Assembly (NCBI GenBank): GCA_034520625.1
Contig: JAXHNI010000008.1
Coordinates: forward strand, 623,574 to 687,573
DNA: 64,000 bases
DNA from: Gammaproteobacteria bacterium
GTDB lineage: Bacteria; Pseudomonadota; Gammaproteobacteria; Arenicellales; JAANXG01
Direction of reading: 5' to 3'
Each line of letters opens with the position of its first letter. Within the stretch, counting starts at the first letter, position 1. The notes under the pieces were generated by a model. The model was not told where the DNA came from and made no database searches. It saw only the letters and a program-made list of their open reading frames with translations. The position numbers and the translations under genes are program-made. Positions 26,934-38,700 of the stretch are shown here, in pieces.

Positions 26934-27818
26934 ATGATATCCATCTGGACACGTTCGGGCTTCATGCTTGCCTGCATCGCAATACCGGCCGCGGCGACCT
27001 TCGGCCAGCAGACCATCGTTCAGCCCCTGTACCAGCTTCCGGTGGAATCGATGACTCCGCAGCATAATCCGGAGCGCGCCCCGCCGACCGACCAGCACGA
27101 ACCGGCGCAACAGGCTCCGGTTACGACCCACGGGCTCAACTTCGAGCCCGAAGCTCCGGCCGAGCCAGACAAACCCCTGAGCGGCACGACGGACACTGAT
27201 CAGAAAATCGAAACAGAGCTGCCAACCGAATCGGATCAACGGGGCAGGCCTTCACCCCGGCGGCAGCACAGCGAGCCTCCGCCCATCGACACCAACGCCG
27301 AGCTGCTGGTGCGGGCCCTGGACTGGCTGCTGGAAGAACGCGTGGAGTTGATCAACATGAGCCTGGCCGGCCCGGCCAACCGTCTGCTACAGCATGCCGT
27401 TGAAACGGCTGTCGAATCCGGCGTACTAATTGTCTCCGCAGCCGGCAACGGCAATCCCGCGTTCCCGGCCGCCTACCCGGGTGTCGTGGCGGTGACCGCG
27501 GTGGACAGCCGGGGCCGCGTCTACCGCCAGGCCAATCGTGGGGACTATGTCGATTTCGCCGCGCCCGGCGTGGATGTTTTCCTCGCCGCGCCCTACAACC
27601 GGGGCAAGTACTACTCCGGCACTTCCTTCGCCACACCGTTCGTAACTGCCGCACTGGCAGTCCTCATATCGCGCCATCCCGAGGCTGGCTCCGACGCGCT
27701 TCTCCGCCAGCTATCGAACACAGCCCGGGACCTCGGCGATCCCGGCCGGGATCCCACCTTCGGCTGGGGGCTCGTCCAGGTGCCGGCCGACTGCACCAGC
27801 CTTGCCGCGCGTGAATGA
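26934..27818 (+). CDS. secreted S8 (subtilisin)-like protein lacking recognisable Asp and His catalytic motifs
   Basis: 294 aa. It has the signal peptide MISIWTRSGFMLACIAIPAAATFG and a roughly 100-aa Pro/Glu/Gln-rich linker. It then carries S8 blocks: LINMSLAG (oxyanion Asn), VSAAGNG, AVTAVD and YYSGTSFATPFVTAALAVL (catalytic Ser). I found no D-[ST]-G or H-G-T block upstream. Confidence 0.75.
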   Translation: MISIWTRSGFMLACIAIPAAATFGQQTIVQPLYQLPVESMTPQHNPERAPPTDQHEPAQQAPVTTHGLNFEPEAPAEPDKPLSGTTDTDQKIETELPTESDQRGRPSPRRQHSEPPPIDTNAELLVRALDWLLEERVELINMSLAGPANRLLQHAVETAVESGVLIVSAAGNGNPAFPAAYPGVVAVTAVDSRGRVYRQANRGDYVDFAAPGVDVFLAAPYNRGKYYSGTSFATPFVTAALAVLISRHPEAGSDALLRQLSNTARDLGDPGRDPTFGWGLVQVPADCTSLAARE

Positions 27819-27883
27819 CCCTGTATCGAGCGCATGACGACCACAGGGGTAGAGGTCGCCCCCGGTTTACCGGCGCGAAGGTA

Positions 27884-28004
27884 GTAGGAGGCGAGCCCTC
27901 TCGCCGATCAAGGCCTTGATGCAAGCGGTAATCGGCCAGGGGGCTGGCCTCCTGGTCGCATCCCCCCACAGACCTGATCGGCTACAGGGGGCTGGACTCC
28001 TACG
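27884..28004. repeat. REP type-1 cluster (3 copies)
   Basis: GTAGGAGGCGAGCCCTCTCGCCGAT at 27884-27908, AATCGGCCAGGGGGCTGGCCTCCTGG at 27930-27956, and GATCGGCTACAGGGGGCTGGACTCCTACG at 27976-28004. Confidence 0.85.
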
Positions 28005-28005
28005 C

Positions 28006-30756
28006 CTACGCCGCCTTGCGGTCGCCCGCGGCGAGCTGGCGCAGGACGTACTGCAGGATGCCGCCGTGGTTGTAGTATTCCCACTCCTTCGGGGTGTCGA
28101 TGCGTACCCGCGCCTGGAACGTCCGCTCGCCGTCGTCGCCGCGCACCTTGACTGTGACTTCCTTGACGCCGGATTCCAGCCCCTCGATGTCGAACTCCTC
28201 CTCGCCGCTGAGCGCTTCGCGGTCGCCGCTGCTCTGGAACTGCAGCGGCAGGACCCCCATGCCGATGAGGTTGGAGCGGTGAATGCGTTCGTAGGATTCG
28301 GCGATCACGGCGCGCACGCCGAGCAGACGGGTACCCTTGGCGGCCCAGTCCCGCGAGGAGCCGGTGCCATACTCCTTGCCGGCGATCACGATCAGCGGGA
28401 CGCCGTCCTCCTGGTACTGCATGGAGGCGTCGTAGATGGGCATCTGTTCGCCATCGGGCAGATGGCGGGTCCAGCCGCCCTCCGTCCCCGGCGCCATCTC
28501 GTTGCGCAGACGGATGTTGGCGAAGGTACCGCGCATCATGACCTCGTGGTTGCCGCGCCGCGAGCCGTAGGAGTTGAACTGGCCCTGGGATACGCCGTTG
28601 TCCAGCAGGTACTTGCCCGCCGGGGAGTCCGCGGCGATGGATCCCGCCGGCGAGATATGATCGGTGGTAATGGAGTCGCCGACCTTCACCAGCACCCGGG
28701 CGCCCTTGATCTCCTCCAAGGCCGCCGGCTGCCGCGGCATGCCGTCGAAGAACGGCGGCTTGCGGATATAGGTCGAATCGTCGTCCCAGTCGAACAAGGC
28801 CCCCTCCGGGGTCTCGATTTTCCGCCAGCGCTCGTCACCCTTGAACACGTCAGCGTACTTAGATTGAAACATCTCCCGGTCGATGGTGCTGTCGACCACT
28901 TTATCGATATCCGCCTTGGCCGGCCAGATGTCCTTCATGTAGATATCGTTGCCGTCTTTATCCTGAGCAATGGGATCCCTGTAGAGGTCGATATTGGTGG
29001 TGCCGGCGATGGCATAGGCCACCACCAGCGGCGGCGAGGCCAGGAAGTTCATCTTGACGTCAGGGTGAATCCGGCCCTCGAAGTTGCGGTTGCCGGACAG
29101 CACCGAGCAGGCCACCAGCTCGCCGTCGTGGATGGCATCGCTGATCTCCTCCCGCAGGGGGCCAGAGTTGCCGATGCAGGTGGTACAGCCGTAGCCGACA
29201 ATATCGAAGCCGAGCGCCTCCAGCGGATCCAGCAAATCGGATTTTTCGAGATACTCGGTCACTACCTGAGAGCCCGGCGCCAGGGAGGTCTTGACCCAGG
29301 GCTTTACCTTGATGCCCCGGTCCATGGCGTTCTTCGCCAGCAGGCCGGCGCCCACGATGACATCGGGATTCGAAGTGTTGGTGCAGCTGGTGATCGCCGC
29401 GATGACCACGTCGCCGTCGGTCAGGGTGAAGGTCTCCCCGTCCATGGTGACCTCCCGCGCGCCATTGAGGTGCGACGCCTGGCCGTCCACGGCGGTGGAC
29501 CCGCCTTCGTCCTCGAACCGGTCCTTGTCGGCCTCCTTGCGCGCCCCGTCGCTGCGCTCGATCTGCATGTCGTGGATATGGCGGCCGATAACGTCCCGGG
29601 ATTCACTCAGGGCGATGCGATCCTGGGGCCGCTTCGGACCGGCCACGGACGGTACGACATCGCCTAGGTCCAGCTCCAGCACATCGGTGTAATTCGCTTC
29701 CACCGCGCCGGTTTCCCGGAACATGCCCTGCCGGCGGGCGTAGGCCTCCACCAGCGCGATCTGCTCTTCACTGCGCCCGGTCTGGTCCAGGTAATCCAGC
29801 GTGGCCTGGTCTACCGGGAATATGCCGACCGTGGCGCCGTACTCGGGGCACATGTTGGAGATCGTGGCCTGGTCGGCGATGGAAAGATGATCCAGGCCGT
29901 CGCCGAAAAACTCGACAAAGCTGCCCACCACACCCTTTTCGCGCAGCATCTGGACCACCGTCAGCACCAGGTCCGTGGCGGTGGCGCCTTCCGCCAGCTC
30001 ACCCACGAGCCGGAAACCGATGACCTGGGGAATGAGCATGGGTATCGGCTGGCCCAGCATGGCGGCCTCCGCCTCGATGCCGCCGACGCCCCAGCCCAGG
30101 ACGCCGACGCCGTTGATCATGGTGGTATGGGAATCCGTGCCCACCAGGGTGTCGGGGTAGGCCTGCCGGGTCCCGTCCACGGATTTGTTGAAGACCACCT
30201 GGGCCAGGTACTCGAGGTTCACCTGGTGCACGATCCCGGTGGCGGGCGGCACCACGCTGAAATTCTTGAATGCCCCCTGGCCCCAGCGCAGGAACTGGTA
30301 GCGCTCCTTGTTGCGCTTGTACTCCAGGGCCGCGTTCAGGTCGAGCGCCTTGCCGCTGCCGTAATGGTCCACCATGACCGAGTGATCGATCACCAGGTCC
30401 GCCTGGGACAGCGGATTGATCAGGTCCGGATCAGCGTCCAGTTTCTTCATCGCCTCGCGCATCGTCGCCAGGTCCACCACCGCCGGCACCCCGGTGAAGT
30501 CCTGCAGCAGCACCCGCGCCGGGGTGAAGGCAATCTCCCGGCTCGGCTCAGCCTTGGGATCCCAGCCCGCCAGGGCCTCGATGTCCTCGCGCGTCACGCT
30601 CTCCCCGTCCTCGTGCCGGAGCAGGTTCTCCAGGAGAATTTTCAGGGAGTACGGCAGCTTGTCCAGGTCAAACTGCTCGGACAGGACATCCAGGGCATGG
30701 ATTTCGTAGGACTTGCCGCCGACTTCCAGGGTAGTGCGCGCGTCGAAACTGTTCAT
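28006..30756 (-). CDS. acnA: aconitate hydratase A
   Basis: 916 aa. The N-terminus is [18 protein letters not shown]. The Fe-S cluster Cys motifs [10 protein letters not shown] and [10 protein letters not shown] are present, and the length is typical of AcnA. Confidence 0.95.
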   Translation of the reverse strand: MNSFDARTTLEVGGKSYEIHALDVLSEQFDLDKLPYSLKILLENLLRHEDGESVTREDIEALAGWDPKAEPSREIAFTPARVLLQDFTGVPAVVDLATMREAMKKLDADPDLINPLSQADLVIDHSVMVDHYGSGKALDLNAALEYKRNKERYQFLRWGQGAFKNFSVVPPATGIVHQVNLEYLAQVVFNKSVDGTRQAYPDTLVGTDSHTTMINGVGVLGWGVGGIEAEAAMLGQPIPMLIPQVIGFRLVGELAEGATATDLVLTVVQMLREKGVVGSFVEFFGDGLDHLSIADQATISNMCPEYGATVGIFPVDQATLDYLDQTGRSEEQIALVEAYARRQGMFRETGAVEANYTDVLELDLGDVVPSVAGPKRPQDRIALSESRDVIGRHIHDMQIERSDGARKEADKDRFEDEGGSTAVDGQASHLNGAREVTMDGETFTLTDGDVVIAAITSCTNTSNPDVIVGAGLLAKNAMDRGIKVKPWVKTSLAPGSQVVTEYLEKSDLLDPLEALGFDIVGYGCTTCIGNSGPLREEISDAIHDGELVACSVLSGNRNFEGRIHPDVKMNFLASPPLVVAYAIAGTTNIDLYRDPIAQDKDGNDIYMKDIWPAKADIDKVVDSTIDREMFQSKYADVFKGDERWRKIETPEGALFDWDDDSTYIRKPPFFDGMPRQPAALEEIKGARVLVKVGDSITTDHISPAGSIAADSPAGKYLLDNGVSQGQFNSYGSRRGNHEVMMRGTFANIRLRNEMAPGTEGGWTRHLPDGEQMPIYDASMQYQEDGVPLIVIAGKEYGTGSSRDWAAKGTRLLGVRAVIAESYERIHRSNLIGMGVLPLQFQSSGDREALSGEEEFDIEGLESGVKEVTVKVRGDDGERTFQARVRIDTPKEWEYYNHGGILQYVLRQLAAGDRKAA

Positions 30757-31036
30757 CAGGTATCAGGTCTCCGTTCGTAGAATGGGCTGCAGCCGGGCCG
30801 CTGCAGAGTCCGGGGGCGCCCGGGGGGCGCGGCCCGCCCGGATTGACGTTATTCTACCAAATCCGGCGGGTTCTTTTCAGGAACCGGGCCATTGAACCCC
30901 TTTTTCGCACTCGCGGCGCCTCTCCCGAACGCCCCGTCCCGGCGGCGGCTCGAACAGCCGCGCCCGGGCCTTGTATACTCGAATCCATAAACACAAGACG
31001 GCCGGCCGCCGGCCGACACAGCAGCGAGGTCATGCC

Positions 31037-32932
31037 ATGGGAGACTACCAAGCCGTTTACGACCGCTCCATCGAGGATCCGGAAGGGTTCTGGGGAGAAG
31101 TCGCCGAAGACATTCACTGGTATCGCAAATGGGACAAGGTCCTCGACGATTCCAACGCGCCGTTCTACAAGTGGTTCACCGGCGGCGAGCTGAACACCTG
31201 CTACAACGCCGTGGACCTGCACGTGGACAACGGCCGCGGCGACCAGGCGGCGTTGATTTATGACAGCCCGGTCACCGACTCCAAGCGCACCATTACCTAC
31301 TCCGGGCTGAAGGACGAGGTGGCGGCGTTCGCCGGCGCCCTGCGGACCCAGGGCGTGGCGAAAGGCGACCGGGTGATCATCTACATGCCCATGGTCCCCG
31401 AGGCCGTGATCGCCATGCTCGCCTGCGCCCGGCTCGGCGCCGTGCATTCCGTGGTGTTCGGCGGTTTCGCGTCCAACGAGCTGGCCACCCGCATCGACGA
31501 CGCCCGGCCGAAGGTCCTGGTGTCAGCGTCCTGCGGCATCGAGCCCGGGCGGGTGGTGGAATACAAGCCGCTGCTGGACGGCGCCATAGAGAAGGCGAAG
31601 CACAAGCCGGACCGCTGCATCATACTGCAGCGCCCGCAGAAACCGGCTGCCATGGGAGACCGGGACATCGACTGGAAGCAGGCGGCGTCGGAGAGCGAGC
31701 CCGCCGAGTGCGTGGCGGTGGCCGCCACCGACCCGCTCTATGTCCTGTATACCTCCGGCACCACCGGGCAGCCCAAGGGCGTGGTCCGCGACAACGGCGG
31801 CCACGCCGTGGCCCTGAAATGGAGCATGAAGAACATCTACGACACGGACGCCGGCGACGTCTTCTGGGCCGCGTCCGACGTCGGCTGGGTGGTGGGGCAC
31901 TCGTACATCGTCTATGCGCCGCTGCTCAAGGGCTGCACGACGGTGATGTTCGAGGGCAAGCCCGTGGGCACGCCGGACGCCGGCGCTTTCTGGCGGGTCA
32001 TCGCCGAGCACGAGGTGTCGGTCATGTTCACCGCCCCCACGGCGTTCCGGGCCATCAAAAAAGAGGATCCCCGCGGCGAATACATGAAGAAGTACGACCT
32101 GTCGAAATTCAAGACCCTGTTCCTGGCCGGGGAGCGCTGCGATCCGGACACCCTGAACTGGGCGCAGGACATGCTCGAGGTGCCCGTCATCGACCACTGG
32201 TGGCAGACCGAAAGCGGCTGGCCCATCGCCGCCAACTGCATGGGCATCGAGCGCTTCGAAATCAAGCCCGGGTCGCCCACCAAGCCGGTGCCGGGCTACG
32301 ACGTGCGCATACTGGGGGAATCCGGCAAGGAAGTCGCACCGGGGGACATGGGCGCCATCACCGTCAAACTGCCGCTTCCGCCGGGCACCTTCCCCACGCT
32401 CTGGAACAACGACGAACGCTACAGGGAATCCTACATGGCCCGCTTCCCGGGCTACTATCTCACGGGCGACGCCGGGTACAAGGACGAGGACGACTACCTT
32501 TGGATCATGAGCCGCATCGACGACGTCATCAATGTCGCCGGCCACCGGTTGTCCACCGGCGCCATGGAGGAAGTGCTCGCTTCCCATCCCGATGTCGCCG
32601 AGTGCGCCGTGCTGGGGGCGGCGGACGAAATGAAAGGCCAGCTGCCGCTGGGGCTGGTGGTGCTCAAGGCCGGCGTCGAGCGCGACGACACGGAAATCGT
32701 CCGCGAGCTGGTAGCGCTGGTGCGCGAGGAGATCGGGCCCGTGGCCGCCTTCAAGCAGGCGGCCGTGGTGCAGCGGCTGCCCAAAACCCGTTCCGGCAAG
32801 GTCCTGCGCGGCACCATGCGCAAAATCGCCGACGGCCAGACCTACTCGACCCCGGCCACCATCGACGACCCGGCGATCCTGGACGAAATCGCCGATTCAC
32901 TGCGGAAACTGGGCTATCCCAAGAAGGGATAA
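31037..32932 (+). CDS. prpE: propionate--CoA ligase-like acyl-CoA synthetase
   Basis: Track ORF 30971..32932 trimmed to [23 protein letters not shown] (631 aa). The N-terminus and length parallel E. coli PrpE (from memory). The AMP-binding motif is YTSGTTGQPKGV. A separate, clearly Acs-type paralog lies at 49491..51437. Confidence 0.8.
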   Translation: MGDYQAVYDRSIEDPEGFWGEVAEDIHWYRKWDKVLDDSNAPFYKWFTGGELNTCYNAVDLHVDNGRGDQAALIYDSPVTDSKRTITYSGLKDEVAAFAGALRTQGVAKGDRVIIYMPMVPEAVIAMLACARLGAVHSVVFGGFASNELATRIDDARPKVLVSASCGIEPGRVVEYKPLLDGAIEKAKHKPDRCIILQRPQKPAAMGDRDIDWKQAASESEPAECVAVAATDPLYVLYTSGTTGQPKGVVRDNGGHAVALKWSMKNIYDTDAGDVFWAASDVGWVVGHSYIVYAPLLKGCTTVMFEGKPVGTPDAGAFWRVIAEHEVSVMFTAPTAFRAIKKEDPRGEYMKKYDLSKFKTLFLAGERCDPDTLNWAQDMLEVPVIDHWWQTESGWPIAANCMGIERFEIKPGSPTKPVPGYDVRILGESGKEVAPGDMGAITVKLPLPPGTFPTLWNNDERYRESYMARFPGYYLTGDAGYKDEDDYLWIMSRIDDVINVAGHRLSTGAMEEVLASHPDVAECAVLGAADEMKGQLPLGLVVLKAGVERDDTEIVRELVALVREEIGPVAAFKQAAVVQRLPKTRSGKVLRGTMRKIADGQTYSTPATIDDPAILDEIADSLRKLGYPKKG

Positions 32933-33254
32933 CAGAGTTCGCCGGCACCGCCGGAATGCGCTTGCCGGTCCGGTGGAAACGGAGTACTTTGCGCAACGCA
33001 TCCCACGGCTGGCGGCTTCCCCGGTTGCCGCTGACGCAACCGGGCGGGAAACGGCCGCCCGGCTCCACGGATGTAGCCCCTGATCCAGGTGGATCGTTTC
33101 CCACCCCTTCAGGAATGCGTCTCAACCTGTTGTGAGCCGTGGCGGCGCGATTCGCCGCACGTTCCCTAAGACCTGCCCGGTGAAGCCGCCCTGACCATAT
33201 CCCTGGAGGGTTTCGTCGAGCACCGGTGAGCATGACGGGGTGAGGAATCGCCCC

Positions 33255-34430
33255 TCAGCGCGGCACGGATGCCGCAAGCTGATCCAGGGCCGCCTGCACG
33301 CCACCCGGCCGGTACGGTATCCCGGACAGGGCCAGGCCCATCTCGACGCCGGACAGGGTACCGGCCAGCATCAGGTCATTGAAATGGCCGAGGTGGCCGA
33401 TGCGGAACACTTTTCCCGCCCAGCGTCCGAGGCCGGTGCCGAGGGACATATCGAAGTTGTCGAGAATGATCCGCCGCAAACCGTCGGCATCATAACCGTC
33501 GGGAACGAGCACCGCGGTCAGCACGCCGCTGTATTCAGCCGGGTTCCGGCACAGCACTTCCAAGCCCCAGGCCTCGACGGCCAGGCGTGCCGCCCGCCCG
33601 TGGCGCTCGTGGCGCGCGAATACCCGGTCGAGACCTTCCTCGTGGAGCATTTCCATAGACGCCCGCAGGCCATAGAGCAGGTTGGTGGCCGGGGTATACG
33701 GAAAGAAGCCCTTTTCGTTCGCCGCCAGCATGTCATCCCAGTGCCAGTAGGATTTCGGCAGACGTGACTGGCGACCCGCCGCCCGCGCCTTCGGCGACAC
33801 CGCGTTGAAGGACAGACCGGGCGGCAGCATCAGTCCTTTCTGCGAACCCGCGATCGCAACGTCCACGCCCCAATCGTCCATGCGAAAGTCCACCGACCCC
33901 AGGGACGAAATGGTGTCCACCATCAACAGCGCCGGGTGCGCGGCGTTGTCGATGGCACGGCGCACCGCCGGTATGCGACTCAACACGCCGGTGGAGGTTT
34001 CATTATGCACGACGCACACGGCCTTGATGCCGCGCCCGCTGTCCTCGGCGAGCCTTGCCTCGATGGCTTCGGAGTCGGCGCCGGTTCGCCAGTCCGTCGG
34101 CAGCTGCTCGGATTCGACGCCCAAACGGAGGGCAAGGCGGTGCCACAGGGTCGCGAAGTGTCCGGTATCGGCCACCAGTATCCGGTCTCCGGGGGACAGG
34201 GTATTGACCAGCGCGGCTTCCCAGGCGCCGGTGCCCGACGCCGGATAGACGATCACCGGATGCCCGGTCCGGAAGACGCCGCGCAGGCCGTTCAGCACCT
34301 CGCGGACCAGGGCGCTGAACTCCGGGCCCCGGTGGTCAATGGTGGGCCCGTCCATGGCGCGCAGCACGCGGTCCGGCACATTGGACGGACCCGGAATCTG
34401 GAGAAAATGTCGGCCGCTATGGGCGGTCAT
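33255..34430 (-). CDS. class-V aminotransferase (serine--glyoxylate / alanine--glyoxylate type)
   Basis: 391 aa. It begins [18 protein letters not shown], has the PLP-lysine region [14 protein letters not shown], and shows overall SGAT/AGXT-like organisation. Confidence 0.85.
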   Translation of the reverse strand: MTAHSGRHFLQIPGPSNVPDRVLRAMDGPTIDHRGPEFSALVREVLNGLRGVFRTGHPVIVYPASGTGAWEAALVNTLSPGDRILVADTGHFATLWHRLALRLGVESEQLPTDWRTGADSEAIEARLAEDSGRGIKAVCVVHNETSTGVLSRIPAVRRAIDNAAHPALLMVDTISSLGSVDFRMDDWGVDVAIAGSQKGLMLPPGLSFNAVSPKARAAGRQSRLPKSYWHWDDMLAANEKGFFPYTPATNLLYGLRASMEMLHEEGLDRVFARHERHGRAARLAVEAWGLEVLCRNPAEYSGVLTAVLVPDGYDADGLRRIILDNFDMSLGTGLGRWAGKVFRIGHLGHFNDLMLAGTLSGVEMGLALSGIPYRPGGVQAALDQLAASVPR

Positions 34431-34434
34431 GCCC

Positions 34435-35655
34435 TCACATGAACGCCTGGATGCCTGTCTGGGACCGGCCCAGGATCAAGGCGTGGATATCGTGGGTGCC
34501 CTCGTAGGTGTTCACGGTCTCGAGATTCATCACATGCCGGATCACGTGGTACTCGTCGGCGATGCCATTGGCGCCGTGCATGTCCCGGGCGGTGCGCGCG
34601 ATGTCCAGCGCCTTGCCGCAGTTATTGCGCTTGAGCATGGAAATCGCTTCCGGGGCGGCCTCCCCGGCGTCGACCAGGCGCCCCAGCCGCAGCACGCCGC
34701 TCAAGCCGAGGGCAATTTCCGTCTGCATGTCGGCGAGCTTCTTCTGGATCAGCTGGTTCGCCGCCAGCGGCCGACCGAACTGCTTGCGGTCCAATACGTA
34801 CTGGCGCGCGGCGTGCCAGCAGAACTCGGCGGCGCCCATGACACCCCATGCGATGCCGTAGCGCGCGCGGTTCAGGCACCCGAACGGGCCCTTGAGGCCG
34901 GAGACGTTGGGAAGCAGATTCTCTTCCGGCACGAAGACGTCCTTCATCACGATCTCGCCGGTGATTGAGGCCCGCAGCGAGAATTTTCCCTCGATGGGAT
35001 TGCTGCTCAGGCCTTCCATGCCCTTTTCCAGCACGAATCCCCGTATGGTGTCGTCATCCGTTTTCGCCCACACCACGAACACGTCGGCAATCGGCGCATT
35101 GGTGATCCAGGTTTTGCTGCCGTTCAGCACGTAGCCGCCTTCCGCCGGCGCGGCCCGGGTTTTCATACCCCCGGGATCGGAGCCGTGGTCCGGTTCCGTC
35201 AGGCCGAAACAACCGATCCACTCCGCGCTCGCGAGCCTGGGCAGGTAGCGCTCACGCTGGGCTTCCGTGCCGTAGGCGTGTATCGGGTGCATCACCAGGG
35301 AAGACTGCACGCTCATCGCCGACCGGTAGCCGGAGTCCACCCGCTCCACTTCACGGGCAATGAGACCGTAGGCGACGTAGCTCGCGCCGGCACCGCCGTA
35401 CTGCTCCGGCAGCGTGGGTCCGAGGAAGCCGAGCCCGGCCATCTCGTTCATGATTTCCCGATCGAAGTGCTCGGCGCGGTTGGCTTCCAACACCCGCGGC
35501 ATCAGGCTGGACTGGCAGTATTCCCGGGCGCTGTCGCTGATCAGGCGCTCCTCATCGTTGAGCTCCTGCTGGAACAGGAGCGGATCGTCCCACTGGAACC
35601 TCGCACCCACCCCCGGCCTGGATTCGGATCGGGACGATTCGGAATTCGACGACAT
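34435..35655 (-). CDS. gcdH: glutaryl-CoA dehydrogenase
   Basis: Track ORF trimmed to MSSNSESS at 35655. [37 protein letters not shown] and the C-terminal [16 protein letters not shown] are GcdH-type acyl-CoA dehydrogenase sequence. Confidence 0.9.
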   Translation of the reverse strand: MSSNSESSRSESRPGVGARFQWDDPLLFQQELNDEERLISDSAREYCQSSLMPRVLEANRAEHFDREIMNEMAGLGFLGPTLPEQYGGAGASYVAYGLIAREVERVDSGYRSAMSVQSSLVMHPIHAYGTEAQRERYLPRLASAEWIGCFGLTEPDHGSDPGGMKTRAAPAEGGYVLNGSKTWITNAPIADVFVVWAKTDDDTIRGFVLEKGMEGLSSNPIEGKFSLRASITGEIVMKDVFVPEENLLPNVSGLKGPFGCLNRARYGIAWGVMGAAEFCWHAARQYVLDRKQFGRPLAANQLIQKKLADMQTEIALGLSGVLRLGRLVDAGEAAPEAISMLKRNNCGKALDIARTARDMHGANGIADEYHVIRHVMNLETVNTYEGTHDIHALILGRSQTGIQAFM

Positions 35656-35795
35656 GACATACTCCCGGTGGAATTGATGATTAGCATACCAGCTCAGTTG
35701 CCGCCCGCTGCCGGAAACCGGCCCGGCGGCCACCGTAGTATCCGTAATCACCGCCGGGGCATCAACCGACGCGCTCCTGAATCGTTATCGCTGGC

Positions 35796-38700
35796 ATGAA
35801 CGAAAAACATCAGCAATCAAACACATCCGGCGACCGGCCCCCCAAGCCTCGCAAGCGCCGCCGCTACCCCTGGATACTTCTGGGCGTACTGGTGGTGCTG
35901 CTCGCCATGGTGGCGGCGGCACCGTCCCTGCTTTCCTCGCCCCCGCTGCGAAACGCGGTCCTGAACTGGTACAACCAGTCGATCCCGGGATCCATGAGCG
36001 TCGAAGAGCTCTCTCTGTCCTGGCTCGGGGGACAGTCCGCCCGGAACGTGGCGATCAACGATTCGCAGGGAGCAGGAATACTAAAGCTGGACGAGCTCAC
36101 CACGGACCTGTCCCTGCTCGACGCGCTGCGGCGCCGGCTCTCCCTGGGCCGGACGGTGCTGACCGGGCTGGATATCGACCTTCACATCGGCGAGGACGGC
36201 ACGGACAACCTGACCGCGGCGCTGGGTGGCGGGGAACCCGCCACCGGTGCTGCGGGCGGCGGCCCGGTGGTTCCGCTCACGGGCAACATGGCGCTCGTGG
36301 ACGGCCGGATTGCGCTGGCGGCGCCGGGGATCGACCCCGTCGCCCTGGAAAACCTGGCCGGCGATATCAGCATGGCGGACCCGGACGCCCCCATCACGAT
36401 CCGCTTCAGCGGCAACAGCCGGCAGGGGGAGCTCCAGGGCACCATCAACCTGGAAGGACAGATCAATAACCTGTTCAGCGATGGCAGGCTGACCCCCGAA
36501 ACGGCGACCGCCAGCATCGACGCCGGGATCGAGGATCTGCCCGTCGACGCCCTGGACCGGATGCTGGGGTATCGCGGAATGCTGAGCGCCGCACTGGGGG
36601 ACAGGACGAGTGTCCACATCAATGTGGACGGCGATGCGGCGCATCAGGACGTATCCATCGACGCCACGAGCCCCAACGCGCAGCTGAGGCTCTCAGGCGC
36701 TATCGCCGAGGGGCGGTTCCGGCTGCGCAAGCCTGCCTCCGCCCGGCTCTCCGTCACGCCCGGGCTCGTGGATGTGGTCGGCGGGCCGGGGCCCGGTGCA
36801 CCACCGGCCCGGCTGGCAGCGCCGGTGCCGCTGCAGCTGGAAGTCGAGAGCCTGGACCTCCCCCTGGATGACTTTTCCGCCGCGGGCGTCGCACTGAAAG
36901 CCTCGCTGTCCGCGGGCGACGTGGTGCGTCTCAGCGATATCGAGAATGTCGGGGAACTGAACATCAACGACCTGCGCCTGCAGATTGACAGCCCGGAGCT
37001 GGGCGACCAGGTGCGGCTCTCGCTGGCCGGCAAGCCGGTCTCGCGGGACGGTGCAGGCGACCTGACCGTCGACGCGAACATCCGACATCTTCTCGACGAT
37101 GCGGGCAATTTCCGGCTCGACGGGAGCACGGTCGAGGCGACATCATCCATCGCCGGCCTGCCGACAAGCCTGGTCGACAGCGCGCTCCAGCAGAACGGCC
37201 TGCTGGTCGACGCCCTGGGGGACACGTTCGGCCTGACGCTGAACGCCGACACCGATCCGGAAGGCCGCTTCAAAATAACCGGAAGCGTGGACACCGACCG
37301 ATTGCGGACCGGGACGATGGCGCTTCACCTCGACGACGGGATCGTCCTGGCACGGCCCGCCCAGCTCCAGTTTGCAGCAAGCCCGCAGCTGTGGCGGCGG
37401 CTCCTCGGCGAGGAGGCCGGCTATCAACTCTCTCAGAGCACGGAATGGACCGTCGATATCCAAACTCTGCGTATACCGGTGCCGGCGGGCGGTTCAGAGC
37501 CGTTTCAACCCGGCGCGGTACGTCTGGAGGCCTCGGCTTCTTCGCCGTCCCTGTCCCTCGTCGAGCCCGGGACATCCGGGTCCATCCGGTTGGAGAGTCC
37601 GCGCGTCGCCATTGCCGCCGGCAGCGGCCTGGGTGAGTTTGAATTCACCGCCCGCACGGACGTGGTGCAGCCGGACGGCATGCTGGAATCCCTGGATGCC
37701 TCGCCGCTCCGGGTCGGCATCGAGGGCAGGACGGGACTGAACGGGGACGCGTCCATGAAGGCAATCACCAGCGTGCTCGAGGCATCGGGGAAGGGCGTGG
37801 ACATCAGCCTGAGCACGGTCGTGGAGGAAAACCTGTCGCGATTGACGCTGACCGAACCGTCTCCGTTCACGTTGACCCTGACCCCGGCCATGGTGGCGGC
37901 GTGGCAGGACGATGCGGCACCCGCGGTGGCGCTGGAGCGGAACGCCGCGATCCGGGGCACCCTGGACCGCCTGACCCTACCGCTGTCGCCTTTTGAATTC
38001 ACCGGTCTCGATGCGAGCGGCAAGGCTGGCCTGGGCGGAGCCGGACCGGACGCCGTCGGCCTCGTTTCACCCGGCGGCGCCGTGACCCGGCTCGACGACA
38101 CCCGCGTCGCATTCGATTTCACGGGCGGGGACGGCGGCCGCAGCCAGTTCGAGCTCACCGCAGGCGTTCGATCCGATAGCGGCGAGTCGGGGAACGCCGC
38201 TGTCGAAGCATCCGCCACCAACCTGATGAATGCCGACGGCCAGCTTTCCGGCACGACGATGAGCCTCGACCTGTCCGGCACCCTGGAACAGCTTCCGGTC
38301 GCCCTCCTGGACCAGGTCCTGGCCATGGAAGAAACGGCGAGCGCAACGCTGGGGCCCACCACCGATATCGAGCTCAGCGCCCGGCTCGACGCCATGCGGG
38401 GCCCCGTCTCGCTCAGCCTGACTGCGCCGAACGCCAGCGCGGACATCAAGGCGCGGCTGGGAGACCAGGGCCTGACGCTGTCGGAACCGCTGGTAGCCCA
38501 GGTGGCGCCAACCCCGGAGTTCGGCAGCCAGGTGCTCGCGAAAGTCCACCCGATCTTCGAAACCACCCAGCGCGCCGAACGGCCCATACGCTTGGAAATA
38601 CCCGCCGAGGGTGTGCTGATTCCGGTGGAAAACTACGATTTCAGCCGTATCACCGTGCCGGTGATGACCCTGGATTTCGGGAAAATCATCCTGAAAAGCG

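Noticed and set aside
26934-27350. Whether a frameshift hides the missing Asp/His motifs of the S8-like gene in another frame.
   Set aside because: My translations of the two alternative forward frames of 27000-27300 hit stops quickly and show no D-[ST]-G or H-G-T-like blocks. The annotated frame is open from a good signal peptide onward.
32933-33254. A 322-bp gap between prpE and the class-V aminotransferase gene containing two consecutive GC-rich hairpins (CCGGTTGC-N7-GCAACCGG and GGGCGG-N7-CCGCCC). It could hold an ncRNA or a gene remnant.
   Set aside because: There is no U-tract, no recognisable RNA family, and no frame with protein-like translation. The hairpins are probably ordinary convergent-gene terminator or stability structures.
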